DNA from: Dendrobates tinctorius
Taxonomy: Eukaryota
DNA: 64,000 nt
Reading direction: 5' to 3'
NCBI RefSeq assembly: GCF_039654945.1
Contig: NW_027361671.1
Coordinates: 98,766,001 to 98,830,000, forward strand
The notes beneath the pieces are model-generated. The model saw only the letters and a program-made list of their open reading frames with translations. It did no database searches and was not told the origin of the DNA. The stretch's first letter is position 1. Each line of letters starts with the position of its first letter. This document shows, piece after piece, positions 30,601-44,069 of the stretch. The position numbers and the translations under genes were made by a program.

Positions 30601-33600
30601 GTAAGCAGCGCTGCTTGTTACACAGATTAATACAATTTGATTTCTTTCTTGCCAAATAATATTGATTTTGACTTGTTTAGATTGAGAAGAAGCAGCGGGA
30701 GAGGCCCCGTGCTACTGTGAGTAAGACAGTTGGTGGAGATAAGAATGGTGGAACACGTGTGGTTAAACTGCGCAAAATGGTAAGTGTTGTGGTTCTCTGC
30801 TTATGTCTGCCTCCATATTGGGGGGCCCAGGTACAACAAGAGGCCTTTGCTAATGACTTGGCTTTACATTGCTTGGTTTTCCTACTTTCAGCCCCGTTAC
30901 TATCCTACTGAAGATGTTCCACGTAAGCTTCTGAACCACGGCAAGAAACCCTTCAGCGAGCACAAGCGCAATCTGCGCTCCAGCATCACACCTGGGACTG
31001 TGCTGATTCTTCTTCAAGGACGTCACAGGGGAAAGGCGAGTAACTTCTCGGACATGAACGGGGAAACTAGCGTAGAGCGATGGCATCGGTAACCAGGAGA
31101 AGGCACAGTGAAATGTCACTGTGCATTCATAACTGCTCTGTAGAAAACGTCAGCTGAACCTGCTGGTATTGACTGTTGCAGCTGACTGTGTAATGTGTAT
31201 AGTGGTGTCGGCCGACTGATTCTTGGGAGAGATGTCGCTCATGCAAGTCTGCTTTCACACTGCCAATCCCATTGTTAATCCTGAAATATGTCAGCTTCTG
31301 CCTTTCTCATGGAGAACACGAGCGCTCTGCTAAGTGAGCACTTGTGTGAATGGGAGACCCTGATGGGAGATCCTTAGCTAGATTTAAAGCTGTTCTTCCA
31401 GCAGTGATGGCATACGATGCTTGGTAATGGACTCTGCATGTGTAGATGGATCTTTTTACGGAGGGCCACATGCGGCATATTTAGTATGCATTTTTCTGCA
31501 GCAAAATCAATGTATTTGGCTTTTTTTTTTAATAACTTTCCATTGCATAGGATTGTATCGCCTGAATTTGCGCACAGTAATAATAATAATCTTATATAGC
31601 GCCAACATATTCCGCAGCGCTTTACAGTTTAACAGTTTCAAAACACAAGTCATAAGTAACAACGTTAACAATACAATAATTAAAACGAAATAAGACGACC
31701 CTGCTCGTGAGAGCTTACAATCTACAATGAGGTGAGGGAGATACAAAGTACAGGTGTGTATTTACAATTGTGTATTTACAATGAAGGTCCAGCCATCTTG
31801 AGGGAGTGAAGGATGGCTGGAGATAGTGAATGGGCTACACACGCACACTTACACAGAGAATGACCTGGATTAGTGAACCTGATAGGCTGCTCTGAACAAG
31901 TGTGTTTTGAGGGAGCACCTAAAACTATGCAAATTGTGGATAGTCCTGATTTCTTGGGTAGAGCATTCCAGAGGATAGGAGCAGCACGGGAGAAGTCTTG
32001 GAGTCGGGAGTGGGAGGTACGGATTGGTGCAGAGGTTAGTCGAAAGTCGTTTGCAGAGCGCAGCGATCGGCTAGGCCGATAGACAGAAATGAGAGAAGAG
32101 ATGTAAGGGGGTGCCGCACTGTGGAGAGCTTTGTGGGTGAGAACAAGTACTTTGAATTGGATCCTATAATGAATGGGCAGCCAATGTAAGGACTGGCGAA
32201 GAGCGGACGCGTCCGAGTACCAATTAGCCAGATGGACGATCCTGGCCGCTGCATTAAGTATGGACTGGAGAGGGGATAGTTGAGTGACGGGGAGGCCAAT
32301 TAATAGAGCGTTGCAGTAATCCAGGCAGGAGTGGATCAATGCAACAGTGAGGGGTTTTGTTTCCATAGTGAGAAAAGGGCAGATTCTAAAGATGTTCTTT
32401 AGGTGTAAGCGGCAAGAGATTGTATATGGGATGTGAAGGAGAGATTGGTGTCAAACATAACACCCAGACAGTGCGCCTGCTGCCGGGGTGTTCTTGTGGT
32501 ACCACCCATGGAGAGGGAAATGTCAGATTTAGGGAGGTTAGTAGACAGCGGGAGCAGAAGAAGTTCAGTTTTAGAGAGGTTGAGTTTCAGATAGAGAGTG
32601 GACATGATATTGGAGACTGCGGACACAGTCACTGGCGTTCTGTAGTACAGCGGGGGTAAGGTCGGGGGAAGACGTGTATAGTTGTGTGTCATCAGCATAA
32701 AGATGGTACTGAAAGCCAAATCTGCTGATGGTCTGTCCAATTGGGGCCGTGTAGAGAGAAAATGGGGCCAAGGACTGAGCCCTGAGGTACCCCGACAGCA
32801 AGAGGAAGAGGAGATGACGTGGAGCCAGAGAACAAAACACTGAAGGAGCGGTCAGAGATAGGAAGAGAACCAGGAGAGTGCAGTGTCCTTAATGCCTAGT
32901 GACTGGAGCCTAGAGAGTAGGAGATGGTGGTCAACAGTATCAAAAGCTGCAGATAGGTCAAGAAGAATGAGCAGAGAGTGGTCACCGTTACGTTTTGCTG
33001 TCAGAAGGTCATTGGTCACTTTGAGTGCAGTTTCAGTCGAATGTAGGGGGCGGAAGCCAGACTGAATGGTCTAGAAGGGAGTGAGTGGAGAGGTAACGGG
33101 TAAGGCCGGGAGTAAGCTAGGCGTTCCAAAAGTTTAGAGATGAATGGGAGACTGGTCTGTAGTTGTTTGTGCAGGATGGGTCGAGAGCAGGTTTCTTTAG
33201 TAATGGAGTAACAATGGCATGTTTGAAGGATGATGGGAAAATGCCCGAGGAGAGGGAGAGATTAAAGATTGTAGTTAGATGGGTTGTGACGACTGGAGAG
33301 AGAGACTGGAGATGTGAGGGCATGGGGTCGGTAGTGCATGTAGTTGGACGAGAAGGAGTCTGGATACTTCTTCTGTGATGGGATCAAATGTGGAAAGTGA
33401 GCCAGGGGAGATGCAGGAAGGGATGGGAGTCACAGCACTTGGTGGTTGGGAGCAGATTTCTTGATGGATATTATCTATTTTTTCTGTGAAGTGGGAGGCC
33501 AGGTCATCAGCACAAATGTCTGTGATAGGGGCTTGTGCTTTTGGCCTGAGGAGGGAGTGAAGTGTCAAAAAGTTTCTTGGGGTTGTTGGCTAGTGAGGAT

Positions 33601-36600
33601 ATCAGGGTGGTGAAGTAGGTCTGTTTGGCGAGGTGAAGGGCAGCGTTATAGGTTCTTAACATAAATTTGAAGTATTGGCATGTTACAAACTTAAAGGGGT
33701 TGTCCATACTTGGGCCAGAATTCTGCAGTCATTGTAACTGCGTATTTGAGTTTACACTATTTTGTGATTTCCCAGTATCGCCCTTGTGAGCAGGTGATTG
33801 TAACTCCTTTTAAAATCCACACCACAGGTTTATCTACAGACTACTGTAACGTAGATAAATTTGTTGGTCTCCTATAGTTAGCTGGTACAATCATGGAAAG
33901 TTCACATCAAATATTTAAGGTGTGAACCTGGCCTAAAAGTACCTGAAATACTTTGTGCTTTGGCCATTTTTCGACCTCATTTTTGCCATACAGTTCAAGT
34001 TTGTTTGTTTTTTTTGGTTTTTTTTGCATACTCCAAAAAAGAAAACGGCTACAGCAAAATGCAGCTATAAATACAAAACTGCACCAGTTTTCCACTGATT
34101 TCTATTAGGAATTATATATTTGGGTGCTAGCAGCAATATTCTGTCTTTTGAAGATATAAAAAAAAATATTCAGATATACAGTGGTGGAATTGAGTTTCCA
34201 GATACAACTGTGTACACAGTTGTCTGGTTTCAAATACAAATGAGAAGTTTCAGCAGCACTGCTCATCTTCATCCACACTTGGCCGCAATTGATGTATACA
34301 CGGGGATCACAGGCTGCATGTGCTCAGCAGCAGCATGTAGCACTTAGGTTGTTTTATCAAAAGAGAACCTTTCTTTAGTGCACTTTATTCTATGCAGACA
34401 TCCAGGAAGAGCCGTTCTCCTTCAGGCCAAAGTGGTTTTGCGTGCACGGTCATTTCCTCAAGACTAGTGATGAGTGTAAGTGCTCGTTACTAGGGTGCTT
34501 GGGTGTACACACAGTATCGCGGGTGCCCGAGTGAGATGTTTGAGGCTGTTTTGTGGCTATCGAACAGCCGCAGGGACTCTAACTTCGCACTTGAGCGCCC
34601 GCAGTACTCTGCGCATACCCAAGCACTCTAGGCAAACTGGAGTAATGAACACTTGAGCTCATCACTACTCGAGACCTGTGCGTGCATGCTAAATGGTGTT
34701 TGCTCGAGATTGGGAAAAAGCTCGTTGATGGGTTACTTGGTGAGTGCCAGAAGCAATTTTCATATAATGTTGGTATTGTTGCAAGTCGTGATGTTGGCAG
34801 CACTGTCGTTCAGTGTTTACCATTGTTTTAGTGCAGCGCTGAGGTCCTAGGTTTAGTTTGGACCCCAGACAACCTCTCCTTGGAAGATTGGTCACCTGGT
34901 GTTTGTGCAGTTTCTCACTCCAAAAGGGAATTTGGATCATAGGCCCCAATTCGGTCAGTGACTGTACAGCACTGCAGACTGTTGTTGCTATAGAAGCATT
35001 CATAATTTGATGTAGTTAGAGGTTGGGTAGCAGCTCCATTTCCAGTAGATCCAGTATGCTTGGGTCTATGCAATATATTTTGTGAAATTGGACTGATTAT
35101 GCCTGCAGGACCATTAGTCACATTATCAAATTGTGTGACTGCTGTCTGCTACGTCCATTACTTTATAAGGTTATGTGTTAGGCGGTGTATATTTCATGGC
35201 TAACAATACTAATTCATAGGAGACTCCTGCTGGATTAGAGAAACAAAGTCTAACTATTTTTTTTTCTTCTTGCAGCGTGTTGTCTTCCTGAAGCAACTTC
35301 AGACTGGTCTTCTGTTGGTATCAGGTAAGTGTCACACTGCACTTCTCCCTACAAGGCTGTAATATATTATCTAATCAAATCATCTAGAATTCAGTTTCTG
35401 CAATCAAATCCTGAATTGCTTATGCTGATAGGCCATACGTTGCTTCATCTAGTATGCACTCGTGCACACTGGCTATCGCTTCACTGAACAGCATGAGTTG
35501 TAGGAGAGTGACACTTTGCCTATACACTTGGTGGGACAAACCCAAAGTAGTATTATACACTTGTAATAGATGCATATATTTTAATTTTTTTAACTTGTAT
35601 ATATTCCTTTGTCTTAAATTAGGACCCTTGACCATCAATAGAGTTCCTCTCAGAAGAGCTCACCAGAAATTTGTCATTGCCACATCCACTAAAATTGATA
35701 TCTCCAAAGTCAAGGTCCCAAAACACCTAACTGACTCCTACTTCAAGAAGAAGAAGCTGAGAAAACCCAAGCACCAGGAGGGAGAGATCTTTGACACAGA
35801 GAAGGAAGTAAGTAACTGCTTATAAAGGATCAAAGCAAAAGTTTTCTTTGCACAGTCCAGTGTGAACCTGCAGGTACATAGGGGAAAAAAAAATAAACTA
35901 TTTACAACTTTAAGTTTGTGGTAGAAGTTTAGAGTATCCATCATTTTAACTTTCATTTTATAAATCCATGCTACACATGAAAATAAGCAAATTAATGATA
36001 TATATGATGAGAAAATGCTGCCTAAATTGATCAGTCATTATGAAAATTCTCAGCTCAGGTGAAATCTGAGATTGAATTGTATCTCCTATGTAGATTTAGG
36101 AAGGAGCTAGAGGCAGAGCTCCTCCCTTCTATCTATACAGAATCTTCTCAGTAGCAGCCGCCATTTACCATCTCAGTAATGTGAATGTGTCTTCACTGAA
36201 TACAGATTTTACCTGAATTGAGAATTTTCATAATGAACAATTTAGGCAGAGAAAGAAGCAGATTTTGAGATCAGATATATTAAACAATTTTCATGTGTAC
36301 TATTGATTTATGAAATGCAAGATTAAGCAATGGTTATGCTTAAGTCTTTTTATTATTCTTGTTTCACATGACCACAGTGCGATTGGTTTTCTGATTCAAT
36401 TTAGCTCAGTCAGTGGAGACCAAAAGATTAGACCACCATCAATTAGGCCGGTTTCACATTTGCGCTTCAGGGCGCAGCGACGGCCTGCACAAGGCTGCCG
36501 CTAAGCCCCGCCCCTGCCGCGCCTCCGCCGGTAGCTCCGCCTCCGGGCACATGACGCTGCATGCGTCATGCGTCCCCTATCTTTATCACTGAGGACGCAG

Positions 36601-37262
36601 GCCGTGCACAGTATGTGTTTTTGCGGCGCCTGCGTCCTTTTGACAGTGTGCCGACCAGCGCCAAACGCAACCTGTTGCAATTTGGTTGTGCTCGGCACAC
36701 CGTCAAAAGGACGCCGGCGCCGCCAAACGCATACTGCGCATGGCCTGCGTCCTCAGTGATAAAGCTAGGGGACGCATGCAGCGCCATGCGCACGGAGGCG
36801 GAGCTACCGCCTGAGGCGGGGCTTAGCGGCGGCCTTGCGCAGGCCGCCGCCGCTGCGCCCTGAAGTGCAAATGTGAAACCGGCCTTACCAGAACAAGAGG
36901 GCTCCACTTAGATTTCCATTACTGGAACTATAACACTAACAAAGTGCCATTGATTTACAAAACCCTTCACTGGGAATTCTGTAAGATTTCCATTAACCTA
37001 AGTTTTTATTTTTTTTGGAGGGTGGTTATAAGGGGAAGGCGTTTCAGTTGAGCAAACTACATAAATGTTTTGAGCATTGTATGTGACCCTTGTTTCATCT
37101 GCTCCTTAGAAATATGCAGTTACACAACAACGCAAAGCAGACCAGAAGTTTGTTGACTCTCAGCTCCTTTCAGTCATCAAGAAAGAGCCCCAGCTTCGTG
37201 GATACCTGCGCTCCATGTTTTATCTGTCAAACGGAATGTACCCACACAAACTGGTCTTCTAA
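30451..37262 (+). CDS. RPL6: 60S ribosomal protein L6 (eL6), 259 aa
   Basis: Exons 30451-30600, 30681-30779, 30892-31035, 35276-35324, 35623-35807 and 37110-37262 give 780 nt: [33 protein letters not shown]...[13 protein letters not shown]...[14 protein letters not shown]...[12 protein letters not shown]...[10 protein letters not shown]. Confidence 0.98.
30681..30779 (+). CDS. RPL6: RPL6 coding exon 2
   Basis: tttag|ATTGAG...AAAATG|gtaagt; encodes [17 protein letters not shown]. Confidence 0.95.
30892..31035 (+). CDS. RPL6: RPL6 coding exon 3 (GC donor)
   Basis: ttcag|CCCCGT...GGAAAG|gcgagt. Confidence 0.93.
31578..33672 (-). mobile_element. L2-clade LINE, 5'-truncated and frameshifted, antisense within an RPL6 intron
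   Basis: RT motifs [39 protein letters not shown] and LDYCNALL, plus a (TTA)n tail. Confidence 0.92.
34465..34667. mobile_element. hAT-type MITE
   Basis: TIR tagtgatgag/ctcatcacta with 8 bp TSD ctcaagac/ctcgagac. Confidence 0.75.
35276..35324 (+). CDS. RPL6: RPL6 coding exon 4
   Basis: tgcag|CGTGTT...TCAG|gtaagt; encodes [16 protein letters not shown]. Confidence 0.95.
35623..35807 (+). CDS. RPL6: RPL6 coding exon 5
   Basis: attag|GACCC...AAGGAA|gtaagt. Confidence 0.95.
36446..36884. mobile_element. Harbinger-type palindromic MITE
   Basis: TTA|ggccggtttcacatttgc...gcaaatgtgaaaccggcc|TTA; almost the whole element folds back on itself. Confidence 0.92.
37110..37262 (+). CDS. RPL6: RPL6 last coding exon
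   Basis: cttag|AAATAT...TTC TAA. Confidence 0.95.
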   Translation, partial: KYAVTQQRKADQKFVDSQLLSVIKKEPQLRGYLRSMFYLSNGMYPHKLVF

Positions 37263-37274
37263 AACTTCAGAGTT

Positions 37275-37280
37275 AATAAA
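37275..37280 (+). terminator. RPL6 polyadenylation signal
   Basis: AATAAA 13 nt after the stop codon, followed by a GT-rich downstream element. Confidence 0.8.
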
Positions 37281-40200
37281 AGACTTACATCTTCTACTTG
37301 GGTTTTGTGTTTTCTGAAAATCCCCTGTCGCATCATGGAATCTTTATTCTATCCTTGTGCTGCTGTAAGTTGGTAAAAGCTAATATTATATTGTTCTAAA
37401 AGACAGTGGTGCCATAATGGCAAAAATGAATCAATTTCTGGCTCTTATCAGGAGAATAAAAGATCAGGTGAGTAAAAATACAATGCACACAGCAGAGGCT
37501 TCTGGCATCTCTCAAGTTATGTAACATGTTGGCATGTTCAAGGTACCTTGCAGGTTGTTCTCAGACTGTTTTGGACGGACCACACTAACATGTTCTGTGC
37601 TGGGTATGACTGTACAGTTTGACTATCACTGTAGATAATGGAGTTGGGAAAACAATATAGTAGGGTGGGAGTTTTGTAGATGCATTTTAGACCTATCTAA
37701 CTTTACAATAAGCGTTTAGCTGTTATCAGTCCCTACTGCAAAAGAAAACTCCATATGAAGCAGATGCTGGCAATGTTATATAGTCTGTGTCTATTTCTGC
37801 TTTTAACCATTTAAAAGGGTTATCTGCTACTTTAGGCTACCTCTTCATTGCTGTAGCAATCTCTCCTCAGGATTCAGGCAATTCCCTTGCTTCCTACATA
37901 GTCACATTGACAGAGCAGACTGGAAGAAAGGGCTGCTGTCGATGGGCCTCCTTTTGAAAGAGGTGGGGATTTCGGACCAGGGACCCAACCATTGCAGTAT
38001 AGTATATAAATGTCATAAATACAAAAAGATACTTTTGTACATAATAAAATTTTTATTAATGCAACTCTTGACAAGCAATATATTAATGCATAAAACTAAG
38101 TAAAAGGTTTAAACTGCAGAGACTAATATCAGGTAAGTATGAATTATGTAAGTCTTAACGAATATAGTAGCGAACAATTTGAATATACATAAATCTGAAA
38201 ACAAAGGACCCACATGGGCCTTAACCCCTTAATGTCCAATGACAGACAGTCCGTCACTGGACTTCTCCCCTGCTTTGAGGGCTCCGGCGCTGAGCCCGTA
38301 TCAAAGCCGGGACATGTCAGCTGTTTTGAACAGCTGACGTGCCTGCAATAGGCGCAGGTGGAATCGCGATCCACCTGCACCTATTAACCTGTTAAACGCC
38401 GCTGACCCCAGTGACGTGATCGGGGGTCAGTGATGCGTTTGCATAACAACCCAGAGGTCTCTTGGAGACCTCTGATTGTTGCCGCTTTGCTATGAGCGCC
38501 ACCCGGTGGTCAGCGCTCAAGTACGAATGAGATTAAAGGGGTGATCCTATCCCAATATGTAGGAGATGTAGTAATATTAGCAAATGCCTCCAATTAGAAA
38601 TGTAGTTTTTCTGATTTTGCTATGTCTTTCCTTATGTGCCTGCACTGTAGGACCTTGGGGTATCCTTGGTTACAACCACTAGTTAGCTAACTCACTGTAT
38701 CAGTGATTGTAACCATGGATACCTAAGGTCCTGCATAAGAGGAAAGAGACCTGGCAAATCAGAAAACTATACTACATTTATAATTGGCAGGATTTGCTAA
38801 TATTACACCACCTACGTATTGAGTCAGACATATTATATGGGGACAGCGAACGAATGTTCACTTAAAAAAAAAAAAAACTTGTACTCCATGTCAATATATG
38901 GGAATGTCGTCCACAAAGGAATTAAGAGCAGAAAAAAAGCTAGTGAAATTAGAAACACAGTAATAGATATAAAATATAAAGTGTTTTTAGTGAGGAAAGC
39001 TAAATGGTGCAAGTATTTACTTAAATCTCAATAGGTGTGCATATTAATACGCTTTATATGCAAATTATATTGAACTAGATATAATAATGTAAAGAAACAA
39101 AATGAAGATGAATCATTGTGTAAATGCCATTTGTTATAAATGCTCACATAATTGCACACAAACCATCTGACCCTAAATATGCAAGCACAAACACGCTGTC
39201 ATAATGTGAAAAAATGCATTATAAAAATTCTAAGCTTACAGTGTAGTGTGATAACATGAAAAAGCAAGAAGGATCCTAAAGGAAAATGTGTGTGAATATG
39301 AAAAAAGTAAATGTGACAAAAAGAGAAGAATTAAAACCACATATCATAAATAGAATTTTATTGTGAATAATCATGCCAGTAAAGGAATAACATCAATAAT
39401 TGTGTGTGTATATATACAATATATACACACACGTGAAACCACAGTGCATTGCAAAAGTGTATTAACAAAAACCAATAAATGGTGTATATACTCGCATTCG
39501 CAGTCCCTGATTCTTTAATGTAACTCCTGCTTTCTTAAATCCTGTACCAGGAATAAGGCATTATCCCAAATGTACGGGAAGAAAAGGACAACAAAACACA
39601 AATATGAAAAAGTAGGAAAGGATGCTTAAACATTTCTCAGTAGGAGTAATATAGCCACCGCTGCATAACTAGTGCTGTTTGCTGTAGCAAAGCCAGGTAA
39701 GCTACGGTTAAATCCTAGCGCCACAGGTTCTGATTACCGTATATACTCGTGTATAAGTCGAGTTTTTCAGCCCAAAAAACGGGCTGAAAAAGACCCCCCT
39801 CGACTTATACACAAGTCAAGCAAGTTTTTAAGTCAAGCTTACTGTTCGGGAGGTTTTGCGGGGACGCGGCAGTCCGGCCAGCACACGGCGATGTCCTCCG
39901 CGTTGCTCCGGTGCCATGTCTTCTTTATGAGTAGCCGCGGTTTGGCCCGCCTCCCCTGCCGGCTCTGTATCACTTGGCTAGCCCTGAGTATATCTAGGCT
40001 AGGTGTTGTCAGTCATCTGGAGGGGAAGCTGACCAGAATGGATTTGTGTTGGAGATGCAGACAGACAAGCCATAATTTCTGAGACGAGACTGCGCAGGTC
40101 GTCTGCACCAAACTACAAGTATCAGTGGCTGCTATGGACGACTGCTCTTTAGTGGAATCGAATTGATACTAGCTCAGCAGTGTCTGAAGTAGCCAGGGTC

Positions 40201-40949
40201 TGTATTTAGTTAGCACCTGGACAATGTGGAAAATAAAATAAACGTCACATTGCTTTGATACAAGAATCCAATGCCTGTGTATGCTACTTACTGCCTACCA
40301 AAGAGTCCTAAAGAGGTCTCAATATTAACCACCCTTCCCAATATTATAAATATCCAAAAAGAAAGAGGAAGAATAAGGCGCATCACAAAGCAACTTAATA
40401 TAAATAGATTTTATTGGTGCCCATATAGCATGAGATACAGGAGAAGAAGACATACAGGTGTGAACACCACCCAGTAGGTATGCACAAATCCACAAAAGGA
40501 CTGCATGGTAACAAAATGCATGTATACAGAATGCAGCAGTAATATAAAATTAAGCGCATGTGCGCCACTGAAAAGAGAATATATCTAACAAACACGTCCA
40601 AAATAAGGACAATGATAGATAAACACTGATATGGATCCAATACTACAATGATCATGTACCGCAGACAACAATAAGATAAAGTGCTGTGTGCATGCCTAAG
40701 TGCAAATGTGCATAACGCATTCAGTTTAAATATGACTAAGGCAACAAAATATGCTAGCCAAAAGAAAACTATGTATCATATACTTGAAGATTGTGAGCCC
40801 TCGCGGGCAGGGTCCTCTCTCCTCCTGTACCAGTTATGACTTGTGTTGTTTAAGATTATTGTACTTGTTTTTATGTATACCCCTCCTCACATGTAAAGCG
40901 CCATGGAATAAATGGCGCTATAACAATAAATAATAATAATATAGCTATC

Positions 40950-42398
40950 GGTGTGCCCAGTACTATAAATAGGTGTATAATGTGATATAAATCACAGCAA
41001 CCTCCACTGGGGTAAATACCAAAAACACATTATACACATAGTAATAAGGGCATACAGAGTGAAAACAGGTATATAAATATCTTATACTGGCACATAATAG
41101 ATTCTAAGCACATAGTGATTGCACAATGCCCGCTTGCATAACAGACCTTAATCAGGTGGACAAACTTTATAGCACAGTGCTGTATGCATACCTGGGGGTG
41201 AAAGAACAAACCACAACGCACGTTTTGCGTCAGCTTCCTCCGGGGGTTATGTGAAAATAGGAGAGATGTGGCTATTAAATAGTTCTCACGGAGGCCGGGT
41301 CTCAATGCAGTATAGCGGCACTTCCGGCGCTGGTACCGAGAACCAGAAGCCATGGAGTCGGCGTCCTACGTCACAGGAACCGGCCAGACAGCGACGCGTC
41401 ATCTGAGAGGCAGGGACCGCGGCGCAAGAAGGACGCGTGTCCATGACCACTAGTAATCGGCCGAGCTCCCGGGAGCACTCACTGCAGGGGGTGATCTCAT
41501 AACAGATAGCACACAGCAGCTTGAGTTGCACAAAATGACACAGAATATGTGTCATAATTGGATCCATGGGGAAATATAATAAAGTATACCCATAATAAAG
41601 TATACCCATCTGATACAGAAGTTATGACACTATATCCACAAGCAATTTAAAACTTATCCATATATTATATGCATACATTAAACTGGATATATCTAGGTGT
41701 ATACCCTAAAAATTCTTATGTTGGTATAATCCCCACTTTCTGTCCCCCTAGTGGACAAAGATATAAAAAAACAAACCCCAAGAAATGGGGGGAAGGGGGC
41801 TATCACAACATAGCCAGTTTGATAAAAATGGAGGTACATATATGATGAAATCCACAACAAAGTTGAAAGATAATATAACAATATATCAAAAACACATCAA
41901 AACAGTTTAAGTATAGAGAAGGTTGGGTATACACATGTCACACGATGATATATAGGGATAGTCCCTATGTTATGTCCCTCAAAATTGGGAAATCTCGCAC
42001 CAATCCAAACACCAAAAGGGGAACAAACATGGATTATATGACACAATAGATGGTAGTTGTTATTCATTCTTTTCATCATAGGAAAAATTTCTTCAATGCT
42101 GTGTTATATATATGATATGGTAGATCATTTCACCCAAAGATCAGAAGGACCCGGAAAAAGAAGACACTGCAGTAAAGGACCTAGAAAAACCTGGATAAGA
42201 CGAAAAAGAAAACATCGAATTAATAATCAGACAATTAATAAACTATAAAAACGGAGCAAAGCTCAGAACCTCGTTGAGGCCTTTGGGACGTACACAATCC
42301 ACCCTCATAATCCACTTGGCTTCCAATTGGGAAAGATTTTTCTTCCAATTTCCCCCTCGACCGTCCATAAATACTTTATCAATCCCCTTGATTCTCAG
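40950..42398 (-). mobile_element. Penelope-like element 3' fragment (may extend left to ~38.9 kb)
   Basis: Minus 42398-42245 encodes LRIKGIDKVFMDGRGGNWKKNLSQLEAKWIMRVDCVRPKGLNEVLSFAPF, a GIY-YIG endonuclease C-terminus. Degenerate hammerhead-like motif at 41211-41246. Confidence 0.75.
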
Positions 42399-43671
42399 GA
42401 TCAGCACCTAGGAGAGAGAGGAATCAATGAGGTTCTCTGTCACCTCCTTACATGCACACTATCATACAGTACAAACATACACTAAAAGGTATGTAGCGTT
42501 AACTTGCCTTAAGGGTATGTCACACTAAGCGAGATCGCTCGCGATATCGCTAAAGCGACATCGATTTTATGACGCAGCAGCGACATCGCTGACGATGTCG
42601 CTGCGTGTGACGTAGTGGCGACGTGGCCCCCGCTGCGATGTCGCTGATCGCGCACGAACGTTCAGGACCGTATTTTGATCATTGGCGTCTCGCTGGTGAG
42701 TCTGAATCGTAGTGTTTGACCCCTTTTATGAACGACGAGTGATCTCGTTGGCGACTCATATGTCAGCGGCGCAGGCGGGACTAGGTTTCATTTGTAATAA
42801 TGCCCCTCAGCACCGATTGGTGGCCCAGCAATAAATGAAAACGTCACAGTGCGTCCCCATCTATTGTTCCAGCGCGCTTGGATTACACCTACATTCTGGT
42901 CCTTTGTGCGTGCTGAGGATAGTATCGTGTGAGGCTGGTTTTGGATTCTGTCGGAGTCACAACTGCGATTCATCTTTGGCATTTCTACCATCTGGATTTG
43001 TGGATTTCCTTAGCAAGGTACATATTTGTTTTTTCCCTTTTTTACACTATTTTAACCCCTTAACGACCGCCGATACGCCTTTTAACGGCGGTAATTAAGG
43101 GTACTTAAACCACAGCGCCGTTAATTCACGGCGCTGTGATTTAAGTGAATAGCGCCCCCCAGTGTCGGATTTTCTCCGGGGTCTCGGCTGCCAGGGGTAG
43201 CTGAGACCCCAGAGAACATGAATCGGTCGGTTTTTACCGACCCCCGCTTTTGCGATCGCCGTTATTAACCCTATAACGGCGACCGCAAAAAAAAAAAAGC
43301 CGCGATTTTACATTTAATCTCTCTTTCCTCTGATGTGATCGCACATCAGAGGATAGAGAAATAGGGTCCCCGATCCCCCCGGTCCCCTCCCGGTACCTCT
43401 CCCTTGTCCTCCGTCCCCTCCCGGTGGTCCCGCGCCCGCCGGCGTCATCCGATGGGCGCCGCCATCTTGAAAATGGCGGGCGCATGCATAGTGCGCCCGC
43501 CGGGAATCTGCTGGCTCCGGCTGGCAGATTCCATTCATTATTTTGATCACTATGATAAACGATCATAGTGATCAAAATAATAAAAATAGTACATAACCCC
43601 CCCGTTTATCACCCCCTTATATAGGCACACATAATGAAATAAAAAAAATATTTTTTTTTTCAGTTTTCCAT

Positions 43672-43978
43672 AAGGGTTAGGGTTAGGCTAGGGTTAGGGT
43701 TAGGTTAGGGATAGGCTAGGGTTAGGGTTAGGCTAGGGTTAGGCTAGGGTTAGGGATAGGCTAGGGTTAGGGTTAGGCTAGGGTTAGGATAGGGTTAGGG
43801 TTAGGCTAGGGTTAGGGTTGGGCTAGGGTTAGGGTTGGGCTAGGGTTAAGGGTTAGGGTTGGGCTAGGGTTAAGGGTTATGGTTGGGCTAGGGTTAGGGC
43901 TAGGGTTGGGCTAGGGTTAGGGCGAACTAGGATTAGGGTTAGAATTAGGGATTAGGGGTGTGTTGAGGTTAGGGTTGG
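43672..43978 (+). repeat. Degenerate telomere-like array (TTAGGG/CTAGGG/TTAGG)
   Basis: Read directly from the sequence. Confidence 0.9.
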
Positions 43979-44069
43979 AGCAAGAATTGAGGGGTTTCCA
44001 CTATTTACCAACTTTGGGGGTCTAAAAATTGGGGTCTAAAAAAATCACTTTTGTGGAAATAAAAAAGAC

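Noticed and set aside
43672-43978. True telomere or chromosome fusion scar
   Set aside because: The tract is short, degenerate, in one orientation and enclosed within transposon termini.
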